The notes beneath the pieces were generated by a model. That model was given only the letters and a program-made list of their open reading frames with translations, was not told the DNA's origin and did no database searches. The translations under genes were made by a program, and so were the position numbers. 64,000 nt of DNA from Parcubacteria group bacterium (GTDB lineage: Bacteria; Patescibacteriota; Patescibacteriia; Patescibacteriales; GWC2-42-12), in contig JACPHD010000020.1 of NCBI GenBank assembly GCA_016188785.1, forward strand, positions 3,306 to 67,305, read 5' to 3'. Positions 8,658-17,823 of the stretch are shown here, piece after piece (position 1 is the stretch's first letter; each line of letters begins with the position of its first letter).

Positions 8658-9623
8658 ATGGCCGAAAAATATAAAATTTATATCGGTTTTATAACTTACG
8701 GCGATTTAACGGCAAAATATTTGCCGTATTTTTTACCCAGCCTGAAACAGCAAAGTTTTAAAGATTTTAAGATTTTAGTCATTGATAATAGCGAGGTTGA
8801 GAATAATAATAATGCCAGCTATATAAAAAATAATTTTTCGGAAATTGATTTAACCTGGGCCGGCGATAATTTAGGCTTTGCCAAGGCTTTTAATATTATG
8901 ATCAGGCGGGCGATTCGCCAGGGCGCTGAATATTTTTTAGCGCTTAATCCGGATATGATTTTAGAGCCGGACGTAGTGGTTAAACTGGTAAATGAATTGG
9001 ACAACAACCAGGCGCTGGGATCGGCAACGGCCAAAATATTAAAGTGGAATTTTGCCGATCAGAAAAAAACTAATATTATAGATAGTTGTGGAATTAAATT
9101 ATTGCCAGGCTTAAGGTTCGTTGATTGCGGCCAGGGAGAGAAAGATGAAGCAGATTGCAATGATGAAATAATCGGTCCTTCCGGCGCTTGCGCGATTTAT
9201 CGCTTAAGCGCTTTGGAAAAAATTAAGCGCGTCGGGCAATATTTTGACGAACTGATGTTTATGTATAAAGAGGATTGTGATTTGGCTTACCGGCTTTATT
9301 TGGCCGGTTTTAAGTCAAACTGCGTTGTTAGCGCCGTGGTTTATCATGACCGCTCCAGCGCCGGCCGGGGCGAAAATAATTTGGCCGTGGCCTTAAACCG
9401 CAAGCATAAAAGCCGGCGGGTCAAGCAGTTGTCATTTTTAAACCAGCAGATTATTTTTATAAAATACTGGCGCTTGCAAAATTGGCGTGAAAAAATAAAT
9501 ATAATTTGGTTTGAAATTAAAATGCTGGTTTTCGCTTTATTTTTTGAACCGTATTTATTTAAAGAGTTAATAAATTTAAGTAAAATCAGCCATAAAATAA
9601 TAAGATACAAAAATGGGAATTAA
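8658..9623 (+). CDS. glycosyltransferase family 2 (rhamnosyltransferase-like)
   Basis: 321 aa. ILVIDNSE...GDNLGFAKAFN...LNPDM pattern of GT2. Confidence 0.8.
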   Translation: MAEKYKIYIGFITYGDLTAKYLPYFLPSLKQQSFKDFKILVIDNSEVENNNNASYIKNNFSEIDLTWAGDNLGFAKAFNIMIRRAIRQGAEYFLALNPDMILEPDVVVKLVNELDNNQALGSATAKILKWNFADQKKTNIIDSCGIKLLPGLRFVDCGQGEKDEADCNDEIIGPSGACAIYRLSALEKIKRVGQYFDELMFMYKEDCDLAYRLYLAGFKSNCVVSAVVYHDRSSAGRGENNLAVALNRKHKSRRVKQLSFLNQQIIFIKYWRLQNWREKINIIWFEIKMLVFALFFEPYLFKELINLSKISHKIIRYKNGN

Positions 9624-10125
9624 ATTAAATTTAGGTTGCGGCAATAAAAAGATCCCCGGCTTTATCGGGGTTGACCGAGTTAAAACAGCGGCCGCAGACT
9701 TAATTCATGATTTGAATATCAGGCCTTACCCGTTTGCCGATAATAGCGTTGATGAAATTATCGCCGATAATGTTCTAGAGCACTTAAATGACATAGTTGC
9801 GGTTATGGCCGAGTGGCATCGGATTTGCCGTCCGGGCGCCATCATTAAAATAAGCTTGCCATATTATAAATCAAGCGGCGCTTTTAGCGACCCGACGCAT
9901 CAGCATTTTTTTACGGAAAACAGCTTTCAGTATTTCAGTCCGGAGCATGAATATCATTTTTATGCCCAGACCAAGTTTAAAACTTTGAAAATTAAATTAT
10001 TAGCCAAAGATTTTAATGATTTTCGCCATAAATTAAGAAACCTTTTGCCGTTTAAGAAATTTTTTAATTTTTGGCTATTTAATATTTACGACGAAATTTA
10101 TTTTGAACTGGCCTGCGTAAAATAA
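9613..10125 (+). CDS. class I SAM-dependent methyltransferase (type 11-like)
   Basis: 170 aa. LNLGCG motif I and ADNVLEHL motif. Confidence 0.7.
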   Translation: MGIKLNLGCGNKKIPGFIGVDRVKTAAADLIHDLNIRPYPFADNSVDEIIADNVLEHLNDIVAVMAEWHRICRPGAIIKISLPYYKSSGAFSDPTHQHFFTENSFQYFSPEHEYHFYAQTKFKTLKIKLLAKDFNDFRHKLRNLLPFKKFFNFWLFNIYDEIYFELACVK

Positions 10126-10126
10126 T

Positions 10127-10975
10127 ATGGATTTATCAATCATCATCGTTTCCTGGAACGTTAAAGAAAAGCTGAAAGATAATTTAAGAGCGCTCTATGA
10201 AAGCCAAAACGTTGACTTTGAAATTTTTGTGGTGGACAATAATTCAAGCGACCAGACCGTGGCAATGGTAAAAAATGATTATCCAAAAGTGAAACTAATC
10301 GCTAATTCGGAAAATTTAGGTTTTGCTAAAGCTAATAACCAAGCGATTAAACTGGCCGCCGGCCGCTACATTCTTCTTTTAAATCCGGATATGCGCGTGT
10401 TTGACGATACTTTATCAAGAGTAGTTTCCTGGTCTGATAAGCATGAACGCGCCTGGGTGATCGGCTGCCGCTTAATAGATGAAAGCGCCAGAATCGTTAA
10501 GCAGGTGCGCTGTTTTCCCGGGCTGGCGGATCAACTAGCCATTATTTTAAAAGTTCCTCATATTTTCCCGGCCGTTTTAAATAAATACTTAATGAACGAT
10601 TTTGACTATTCTAAATCAGCTTCGGTTGATTCTATCAGGGGCGGCTTTTTTATGATTAGGCGGGAGGCGATTGCCAAAATCGGCTGGCTGGATGAAAGAT
10701 ATTTTTTATGGTTTGAGGAAGTTGATTATTGCCGGCGGGTTAAAGAGGCCGGCGGCGAAATTTGGTACGTGCCTGGCGCCGAATGCATTGATTTAATCGG
10801 GCAGAGTTTTAAGCAGGTTAATTTAGCCGTCAAGCAAAGATATTTCCGCGATTCCATGCTAAAATATTTTAAAAAGTGGCAGCCGGGTTGGCAGTACTGG
10901 CTTTTACGTTTAGCCTGGCCGCTGGGCTTAATGATTGTCCGGCTATGGAGCAGGTTAAGGGCTATTTTAAAATAG
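10127..10975 (+). CDS. glycosyltransferase family 2
   Basis: 282 aa. LSIIIVSWN...VVDNNSSDQT...NLGFAKANN...LLNPDM. Confidence 0.85.
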   Translation: MDLSIIIVSWNVKEKLKDNLRALYESQNVDFEIFVVDNNSSDQTVAMVKNDYPKVKLIANSENLGFAKANNQAIKLAAGRYILLLNPDMRVFDDTLSRVVSWSDKHERAWVIGCRLIDESARIVKQVRCFPGLADQLAIILKVPHIFPAVLNKYLMNDFDYSKSASVDSIRGGFFMIRREAIAKIGWLDERYFLWFEEVDYCRRVKEAGGEIWYVPGAECIDLIGQSFKQVNLAVKQRYFRDSMLKYFKKWQPGWQYWLLRLAWPLGLMIVRLWSRLRAILK

Positions 10976-11051
10976 TCTTAAAAGAATTATTCGTTTTTAT
11001 ATCTCAAAAAAAATAAATTCAAAGCGGCCAATGTAAGGTCAGGATGTTAAT

Positions 11052-12488
11052 ATGGATTTTAAAAAAATAAAAAAAATATATTTAATCGGCGTTAAAGGCG
11101 TGGGCATGACCATGCTGGGGCAATATCTGGCCGCCCAAGGCGCGCAGGTAAGCGGTTCGGATGGGCCGGAAAAATACATGACTGACGCGGCGCTGAAAAA
11201 TTCCGGCATAAAAATTATTGAGCATTTTAATGCGGCTAATATACCTAAGGACGTTGATTTAGTTATTTATTCAACCGCTTATAATGCCGAAACTAACGTT
11301 GAAGTGGCCGTGGCTTTGTCTGGAAAAATAAAAACGCTTACTTACGCCCAGGCTCTGGGCGAAGTGTTTAACCAGAAATACGGTCTGGCCGTGGTTGGTT
11401 CGCATGGCAAAACCACGACCACGGCCTGGTTAGGCTATGTTATGAAAATGGCCGAGCTTGAACCCAGTGTTATGGTAGGCGCCTCTGTACCGCAATTTAA
11501 CGGCTGCGCTTTAACGGGTGAGTCTGATTATTTATTGATTGAAGCGGATGAATATCAAAACAAACTTAAATATTACGAGCCCAAAGCCGTAATTTTAACT
11601 AATATTGATTATGATCATCCTGATTTTTTTTCCACCGCGGAAGATTATAAAAATGTTTTTCTAGAATTTATAAAAAAAATTCCGGTTAAAGGATTTTTAG
11701 TCGCGAATTTTGACGATCCGCTAATTAGAAAAATCGCCAGAGTGAATTGCCGCGGCCAAGTTATAACTTATGCTCTTAACGAAGCGGCCGATTATGTGGC
11801 TTATGATATTAAAAGCGACGGGCAGAGGCAGTATTTTAAAGTAAAATTAGGGGCAGGAGATGAAGATAATCCCCCCTACCCCCCTTTATCAAGGGGGGAT
11901 GAGCTGGGTGATTTTTCTATTCGGCTCTGTGGTCGGCATAATATTTATAATGCTTTGGCCGTGATTGCCGCTAGCGTTGAGCTGGGCATTGAGCTTTTTA
12001 AAATCAGAAAATATTTAGAAGAATTTTCCGGCGCGGCCAGAAGAATGCAGGTTTTAGGCGAATTCAAGGGCGCGCTGGTAATTGACGATTATGCCCATCA
12101 CCCCACAGAAATAAAAGCTACTCTGGAAGCGCTGCGACAGAAATATGGCGGCCGGAAATTAGTCGTGGCTTTTCATCCGCATACTTTCAGCCGCACTAAA
12201 GCTTTGTTTAATAATTTTGCCCAAAGTTTCAGCCAGGCCGATGAACTGATTATTATTGACATTTACGGTTCGGCGCGAGAAAAACAAGGCGGGGTGAGTA
12301 GTTTGGAATTGACGAGAGAAATAAGAATCAGGAATCAGGAATCAGGAATCAGGCAAACTGTGGATCATATTCCAACGCTGGCTGAATGTGAAGAATATTT
12401 ACGGCGAAAAGCCAAGAGAGATGATATTATTGTGTTAATGGGCGCCGGGGATATATTTAGGGTAGGAAATAATTTATTGAGCAAATAA
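11052..12488 (+). CDS. murC: UDP-N-acetylmuramate--L-alanine ligase, carrying two in-frame repeat insertions
   Basis: 478 aa. GVKGVGMTMLG, GSHGKTTTT P-loop, DYDHPD, GRHNIYNALA and DDYAHHPTEI motifs. Insertions at 11871-11899 and 12326-12353. Confidence 0.9.
   Translation: MDFKKIKKIYLIGVKGVGMTMLGQYLAAQGAQVSGSDGPEKYMTDAALKNSGIKIIEHFNAANIPKDVDLVIYSTAYNAETNVEVAVALSGKIKTLTYAQALGEVFNQKYGLAVVGSHGKTTTTAWLGYVMKMAELEPSVMVGASVPQFNGCALTGESDYLLIEADEYQNKLKYYEPKAVILTNIDYDHPDFFSTAEDYKNVFLEFIKKIPVKGFLVANFDDPLIRKIARVNCRGQVITYALNEAADYVAYDIKSDGQRQYFKVKLGAGDEDNPPYPPLSRGDELGDFSIRLCGRHNIYNALAVIAASVELGIELFKIRKYLEEFSGAARRMQVLGEFKGALVIDDYAHHPTEIKATLEALRQKYGGRKLVVAFHPHTFSRTKALFNNFAQSFSQADELIIIDIYGSAREKQGGVSSLELTREIRIRNQESGIRQTVDHIPTLAECEEYLRRKAKRDDIIVLMGAGDIFRVGNNLLSK
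11871..11899. repeat. C/G-run hairpin element (CCCCCCTACCCCCCTTTATCAAGGGGGG) in-frame inside murC
   Basis: Read directly. It translates as PPYPPLSRG within an otherwise MurC-like region. Confidence 0.7.
12326..12353. repeat. tandem heptamer AATCAGG x4 inside murC
   Basis: Four perfect AATCAGG copies, translated as RIRNQESGIR. Confidence 0.9.
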
Positions 12489-12493
12489 ATAGT

Positions 12494-12592
12494 TCTAATA
12501 ATACGAATTACGAATTTGTTACGAATTTACAAATACTGTCATAAATGTTTTGTTTAATTTCGTAAATTCGTAAAGGATTTGTAATTCGTATA
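12494..12592. repeat. AT-rich heptamer-tiled palindrome (ACGAATT/TTCGTAA words) after murC
   Basis: ATACGAATTACGAATTTGTTACGAATTTACAAAT ... ATTTCGTAAATTCGTAAAGGATTTGTAATTCGTAT form inverted arms. Confidence 0.75.
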
Positions 12593-12595
12593 TTT

Positions 12596-14386
12596 ATGAA
12601 AGAAAAATTAAACTTAAAATTAGATAAAAGGCCGGTTAAGATGCGGCAATTTTGGCGAAGATTGTGGCGGCTGATCGCGCCAACTCATAAGCAAATTATT
12701 TATTTGTTTATTTTAATCGCGGCTTATGAAATTTTTAAATTTGTCGGGCCGTATTTGCTTAAAAAAATTATTGATTTGATCACTGATTTTAAGCCCGAGC
12801 ATATAAAGAATATATTATTTTTTATATTTTTAATTTTAATTTTTGATTTAGTAGTGGCTATAATTGATTATTTCGCGGATAAAGAAAGTTTTAAGATATT
12901 AGCTGAAGTGGAAAGATACTTATCGGTTAACGCTCAGGAAAAAATGGTCAGGCTGGGCCTGGCTTATCATGAAAGAGAAAATACCGGCAATAAAATATTT
13001 AAAATCAGGCGCGGCATTGATAAAATAATTGAACTGTTGATGAATTCATTTTTTGAAGTCGGTCCGACCGTAATTCAGGTTATCCTTACCGCCATCATCA
13101 TGTTTTTTGTGGACTGGCGTTTTGGCTTGATTTTTTCTTTATTCGCGCCGCTGTTCGCCTGGCTGACCGCCAAACTGAATTTAGAAATTAGCCCTTTGCG
13201 CAAATTCCGGCATGACAGGTATGAAGAAGCGGCCGGTAAAATGGCCCAGACTATTATCAATATCAATACGGTAAAATCGTTCGTCCATGAAGAGCGGGAA
13301 ATAAAAGAATACGGCGCCATCGAGCAGAAAACTAAGCGAGTGGCTTTGTTTGAACATTTTAAAATGCTGAAATTTAATTTTTCCCGGATTATGGTAATAA
13401 CTTTAGGCCGGATTTCAATTATACTGTTCGGCGTTTATTTGGCCTGGCAGGGCAGTATCACTGTCGGCAGTCTGGTTTTTATTATTACCATTTCGGAAAA
13501 AGCTTTAATTTCTTTGTTTAGAATTTCCCGGCTGTATGACCGGATTATGGATTCAAGCGAAGCTATTGATCTGCTGTATAAATTAAATCGCGAAGCGCCG
13601 GACATAGTTAATCCCGAACAGGGCCTTAAAGTTAAAGGGCTTAAAGGCGCGGTTGAATTTAAGCAAGTTGATTTTATCTATCGCCATAGCAAAGTAAAAG
13701 CGCTTGACCGGGTAAGTTTTAAGATCAATGCCGGCGGTTTTACGGCTTTGGTCGGTCCGTCGGGCGGCGGCAAGACCACGGTGGCGCGCCTGATTTACCG
13801 CCACTACGATCCGGCTTCGGGCGCGGTCCTGCTTGATGGCAAAAATTTAACCGAATATGATTTGTACGGCTTTAGAAAATTCATGGCTATTGTGCCGCAA
13901 GAGGTGGAAATTTTTGATTCCAGCGCTAAAGACAATATCGCTTACGCCAGGCCGGATGCGAGTTTTAGGGAAATTACCGCCGCGGCTAAAATCGCCAATG
14001 CCGCGGAATTCATTGAAAAATTAGCTCAAGGCTATAATACTTTAGTGGGCGAGCGGGGCATAAAACTTTCCGGCGGACAAAGACAGCGCCTCGGCATCGC
14101 CCGGGCCGTACTGGCTAATCCGAAAATTTTAATTTTTGATGAAGCCACCTCTAATCTGGACTCTTACAGCGAGAAATTAATTCAAGAAGCTTTAAGTAAA
14201 ATCAGCCGCGGCCGAACGGTTATCGTGATCGCCCATCGGTTGAGTACAATTCAGCAAGCCGATAAAATAATCGTTTTGGAAAACGGCCAGGTGGCGGAGC
14301 AAGGCAGCCATCATGAACTTGCTAAAATAAACGGCGGTTTATATAAAAAATTGTTAAATCTCCAGCGATTGGGGGATATCAAGTAG
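12596..14386 (+). CDS. ABC transporter, fused permease/ATP-binding protein (MsbA-like exporter)
   Basis: 596 aa. Six-TM N-terminal domain, Walker A GPSGGGKTT, LSGGQRQR signature, and Walker B ILIFDEATS. Confidence 0.9.
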   Translation: MKEKLNLKLDKRPVKMRQFWRRLWRLIAPTHKQIIYLFILIAAYEIFKFVGPYLLKKIIDLITDFKPEHIKNILFFIFLILIFDLVVAIIDYFADKESFKILAEVERYLSVNAQEKMVRLGLAYHERENTGNKIFKIRRGIDKIIELLMNSFFEVGPTVIQVILTAIIMFFVDWRFGLIFSLFAPLFAWLTAKLNLEISPLRKFRHDRYEEAAGKMAQTIININTVKSFVHEEREIKEYGAIEQKTKRVALFEHFKMLKFNFSRIMVITLGRISIILFGVYLAWQGSITVGSLVFIITISEKALISLFRISRLYDRIMDSSEAIDLLYKLNREAPDIVNPEQGLKVKGLKGAVEFKQVDFIYRHSKVKALDRVSFKINAGGFTALVGPSGGGKTTVARLIYRHYDPASGAVLLDGKNLTEYDLYGFRKFMAIVPQEVEIFDSSAKDNIAYARPDASFREITAAAKIANAAEFIEKLAQGYNTLVGERGIKLSGGQRQRLGIARAVLANPKILIFDEATSNLDSYSEKLIQEALSKISRGRTVIVIAHRLSTIQQADKIIVLENGQVAEQGSHHELAKINGGLYKKLLNLQRLGDIK

Positions 14387-14923
14387 ATGATAGTAAAAAT
14401 AATCACTAATATTATATTGATAATCGTTTTGGCCGTGGTGCAGATTTCCTTAATTAGCGCCTTACCCGGCCTAGCCGGCAATTTGAATTTAGTTTTAGTG
14501 GCGCTAATTTTTATTTTAGGTTTTTCCAGTCTTGATTTCGCGGCCTGGTGGACGATTGGCCTTGGTTTTTTATTGGAAATTTTTTCTTTTTTGCCTTTTG
14601 GCGCTTATCTTATTAGCTTAAGCCTTACGCTTATGATCGCTAATTTTTTACTGAATTATTTTTTTACCAATCGTTCGCTTTATTCATTTTTAGCCCTTAC
14701 CGGTTTAGCCACGGTTATTTATGAATTAATAATTAATTTTTTTGTTTTAATTTTTATGGAGATAAATTTACCGGCGGCGCTAACGGCCGGTAATTTTTGG
14801 TTTTCCAAATTAGAGCAAATCGGCTTGAATCTTTTACTGGCTGTTATTATCTATTATATAATTCATTTTTTAGGCAGAAATTTAAGGCCGGTATTTTTAT
14901 TTCACGGGGTAAAAAAATATTAA
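14387..14923 (+). CDS. polytopic membrane protein, possibly MreD-like
   Basis: 178 aa and highly hydrophobic. It lies directly upstream of PBP2 and is translationally coupled to it. The assignment rests on position only. Confidence 0.35.
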   Translation: MIVKIITNIILIIVLAVVQISLISALPGLAGNLNLVLVALIFILGFSSLDFAAWWTIGLGFLLEIFSFLPFGAYLISLSLTLMIANFLLNYFFTNRSLYSFLALTGLATVIYELIINFFVLIFMEINLPAALTAGNFWFSKLEQIGLNLLLAVIIYYIIHFLGRNLRPVFLFHGVKKY

Positions 14924-14924
14924 C

Positions 14925-16874
14925 ATGGTTTTTTCATTTAGAAAACAATTTAAAAGAAGCCAGCCTTTTACCATCAGACAAGGCGAGATTAAGTTTGGCA
15001 AGTTGAACCGTGGCGCGGCCGCCGATTGGCTGGAAGAGACCGTTGGCACTAAAGAAACTATTGGCAGAAATTTTGACATAAATAAAATTTTTAAAATAAA
15101 TTTAGTCTGGCTTTTTTTTATGCTGATTATTGTCGGCCGCGCCGCCTGGCTGCAGTTAGCCAAAGGAGATTATTACCATGAATTAGCCGAAGGCAACCGC
15201 ATCAGAGTTGAAAGGCTGGAAAGCCGGCGGGGGATAATTTATGATCGCGCGCTTAGGCCCTTAGTCAGAAATTCGGCTAATTTTTTATTATATCTGGTGC
15301 CGGCCGATTTGCCGAAAGATAGTTTGGCGCGCCAGGTCATTATTAAAAAGCTTAGTGAAAATTTAGGCAATTTAGAGCTTGAGGACATGGTAAGTTCGCT
15401 GTCCAAAGTTAAGCCTGGTTCGCTGGAATCATATCAGCCGCTGTTTATCGCCGATAATATTGAATATGATAAGGCCCTAAAGCTTTATTTAGCCTCGGCT
15501 AACCTGCCCGGCGTGGTTATAACCAATAAAACCAGGCGGGAATATAATTTATTCAGCTTGTCTTTATCGCATATCCTGGGTTATACGGGAAAAATTAATG
15601 ATAAAGAATTGGCTAAATTCGGTTTAGACTATCTGCCGATTGATTATATCGGCAAAAGCGGTTTGGAAAATTTTTGGGAAAACGAAATGAAGGGCGCTAA
15701 TGGCCAGAAACAAATTGAAGTTGACGCTTTAGGCAAAGAAAAAAAGATTATTAACCAAGAAGCCGGCCAGGACGGGCATAATTTAGTTTTATCAATTGAC
15801 ATTGATTTACAGAAAAAATTGGAGCGGTCGGTCATAGCCGTTTTAGAGAAAATTCATCTTAATAAAGCTTGCGCCATCGCCTTGGATCCAAATAACGGCG
15901 AAATTTTAGCCATGATCAGCTTGCCTTCATACAATAATAATGATTTTGCCCGCGGTTTAACGGCCGCAGAGTATCAGAATATCGCCAATCATCCTGACCA
16001 CCCTTTATTCAACCGCTGTATTTCCGGCGAATACCCGTCAGGTTCAACTATCAAGCCTGTCATCGCGGCCGCGGCGCTTGAGGAAAAGGTCATTAACGAG
16101 ACTACCAGTTTTTTAAGCGCCGGAGGCATAAGAATCGGCCAGTGGTTTTTTCCGGACTGGAAAGCCGGCGGGCATGGTGCGACTAATGTCAGGCGGGCCT
16201 TAGCCGAGTCAGTTAATACTTTTTTTTATTATATCGGCGGCGGTTATCAGGATTTTCAAGGACTAGGACTGGAACGGATGGTACGATATGAAAAATTATT
16301 CGGCTTGGCCGCTCAAGCCGGCATTGATCTGCCGAGCGAAGCCGGCGGGTTTTTACCGACCGCGGAATGGAAGCAAAAAACTAAAGGCGAGCCCTGGTAT
16401 ATCGGCGATACTTATCATTTAGCCATTGGCCAGGGTGATACTTTAGTTACACCTTTACAGATTGCCGACTATACGGCGATTTTTGCTAATCACGGCTCTT
16501 TATACCGGCCGCATTTAATCAGGCAGATTTTAAACAGCCGCGATGAGTTAATCGGTCAGGTTGATAACCGGCCGGTCAAAGTTAATATTATCAGTTCTAA
16601 AAATATAGAGATTGTCCGGCAGGGCATGAGGCAGGCGGTGACGGCCGGCAGCGCGCGCAGTCTGCAGTCAGTGCCGGTCCCAGTAGCCGGCAAAACCGGC
16701 ACGGCGCAATGGTCAGCCAATAAGCCGACTCATGCCTGGTTCACCGGTTTCGCGCCTTACGATAAGCCGCAAATCGTGATCACGATTTTAATTGAGTCCG
16801 GCGGCGAAGGCTCGTCTACGGCCGTACCAATCGCCAATGAAGTTTTGAGCTGGTGGTTTAGTCAGAAGAGATAG
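14925..16874 (+). CDS. mrdA: penicillin-binding protein 2 (class B transpeptidase)
   Basis: 649 aa. N-terminal TM, then the SGSTIKP (SxxK), SVN-like and KTGTA motifs. Confidence 0.9.
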   Translation: MVFSFRKQFKRSQPFTIRQGEIKFGKLNRGAAADWLEETVGTKETIGRNFDINKIFKINLVWLFFMLIIVGRAAWLQLAKGDYYHELAEGNRIRVERLESRRGIIYDRALRPLVRNSANFLLYLVPADLPKDSLARQVIIKKLSENLGNLELEDMVSSLSKVKPGSLESYQPLFIADNIEYDKALKLYLASANLPGVVITNKTRREYNLFSLSLSHILGYTGKINDKELAKFGLDYLPIDYIGKSGLENFWENEMKGANGQKQIEVDALGKEKKIINQEAGQDGHNLVLSIDIDLQKKLERSVIAVLEKIHLNKACAIALDPNNGEILAMISLPSYNNNDFARGLTAAEYQNIANHPDHPLFNRCISGEYPSGSTIKPVIAAAALEEKVINETTSFLSAGGIRIGQWFFPDWKAGGHGATNVRRALAESVNTFFYYIGGGYQDFQGLGLERMVRYEKLFGLAAQAGIDLPSEAGGFLPTAEWKQKTKGEPWYIGDTYHLAIGQGDTLVTPLQIADYTAIFANHGSLYRPHLIRQILNSRDELIGQVDNRPVKVNIISSKNIEIVRQGMRQAVTAGSARSLQSVPVPVAGKTGTAQWSANKPTHAWFTGFAPYDKPQIVITILIESGGEGSSTAVPIANEVLSWWFSQKR

Positions 16875-16887
16875 GTATATACAGATA

Positions 16888-16929
16888 CAGACCCGCGTGG
16901 TCTGCAAGCCTGCAGACCCCGCGGGTCTG
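16888..16929. terminator. GC-rich nested palindrome after mrdA (possible terminator/structured element)
   Basis: CAGACCCGCG-T-GGTCTGCA-AGCC-TGCAGACC-C-CGCGGGTCTG. No clean U-tract follows on the plus strand. Confidence 0.4.
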
Positions 16930-16937
16930 GTAAAAAA

Positions 16938-16964
16938 TTAGCACTCTTGACAAGAGAGTGCTAA
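16938..16964. promoter_or_regulatory. CIRCE operator (HrcA binding site)
   Basis: TTAGCACTC-N9-GAGTGCTAA is a perfect match to the CIRCE consensus. Confidence 0.95.
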
Positions 16965-16976
16965 TTGCTGTAAAAT
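16947..16976 (+). promoter_or_regulatory. sigma70-like promoter overlapping CIRCE (TTGACA-18 nt-TAAAAT)
   Basis: TTGACA at 16947-16952 lies in the CIRCE spacer. TAAAAT is at 16971-16976. Confidence 0.6.
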
Positions 16977-16989
16977 GGTTTTATATGGA

Positions 16990-17050
16990 CCCCGTTAGAT
17001 AAAATATAAGTTTAACGGCGGTCATAAATATATGAAGATATCTAACGGGG
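16990..17050. repeat. CCCCGTTAGA...TCTAACGGGG hairpin element, copy 1 (overlaps the hrcA start)
   Basis: Arms CCCCGTTAGAT / ATCTAACGGGG with a 39-nt interior. The annotated hrcA ATG (17032) lies inside it. Confidence 0.8.
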
Positions 17051-17745
17051 TGGATAAACGCAAGGAATTGATACTGAAAACCATTATTAAAGAGCATATT
17101 AAAACCGCTTTGCCGGTCGGCTCAGAAGGCTTAGTTGATAAGTATAATTTAGACATTTCTTCGGCCACGGTCAGAAACGAAATGGCCGAACTGGAACAAT
17201 CCGGCTATATTGCCCAGCCGCACACTTCAGCCGGCCGCATACCTACGGAAAAGGCTTATAATTTCTACTTAGAAAATTTAAGCGAAAAAAATTTAAGCCA
17301 GGCCGAGGTTAAGCAGTTTGAGAAGTTATTGGCTAAAAAAAATGAAATCAGTTTTAAGCAGGCGGCTAAAGATATGGCGAAAATTTCTGACAACGCGGTT
17401 TTTTGGGCCTTTCATAAGCATAATCTTTATTACACCGGCATTTCTAATCTCCTGCATCAGCCGGAGTTTTCCCAAACCGGTTTGATCTATGATATTTCCG
17501 AAGTGATTGACCGGGTTGATGAAATTATCGGGCAGATTTTTAATGATTTGAAGTTCGGGCCGCAAATTATGCTGGGTTCAAAAAATCCGTTTAGCCCGCA
17601 TTGCGGCGCGGTTTTAGCCAAGTATCGGCTTAATGATAATATCGGCTTAGTCGGCATTTTAGGCCCGGTCAGGATGAATTATGAAAAAAATTTGGCCTTG
17701 ATAAAATTTATAAATAATATATTAATGGACCCCGTTAGAAGTTAA
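17032..17745 (+). CDS. hrcA: heat-inducible transcription repressor HrcA (short form)
   Basis: 237 aa. N-terminal wHTH with PVGSEGL...SSATVRNEMAELEQSGYIAQPHTSAGRIPTEKAY. A CIRCE operator lies upstream. Both termini overlap repeat elements. Confidence 0.85.
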   Translation: MKISNGVDKRKELILKTIIKEHIKTALPVGSEGLVDKYNLDISSATVRNEMAELEQSGYIAQPHTSAGRIPTEKAYNFYLENLSEKNLSQAEVKQFEKLLAKKNEISFKQAAKDMAKISDNAVFWAFHKHNLYYTGISNLLHQPEFSQTGLIYDISEVIDRVDEIIGQIFNDLKFGPQIMLGSKNPFSPHCGAVLAKYRLNDNIGLVGILGPVRMNYEKNLALIKFINNILMDPVRS

Positions 17746-17808
17746 GATTTTAACGAGTAATACGATAAGTATTTTAATTATAAACTTGCCTGCTGACTTC
17801 TAACGGGG
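17730..17808. repeat. CCCCGTTAGA...TCTAACGGGG hairpin element, copy 2 (overlaps the hrcA stop)
   Basis: Arms CCCCGTTAGAAG / CTTCTAACGGGG. The preceding ATGGACCCCGTTAGA is identical to the sequence at 16985-16999. Confidence 0.8.
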
Positions 17809-17823
17809 CGGGAAAATAATATT

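Noticed and set aside
12326-12353. Possibility that tandem heptamers or regularly recurring hairpins represent a CRISPR array
   Set aside because: The repeat units are 7 nt, or are dispersed palindromes with no 25-40 nt repeat/spacer periodicity. No cas genes are in the window.
14797-15163. Small ORFs overlapping the membrane-protein/PBP2 junction (14797-15006 +, 14897-15163 -)
   Set aside because: They overlap better-supported genes in other frames and have no independent signals.
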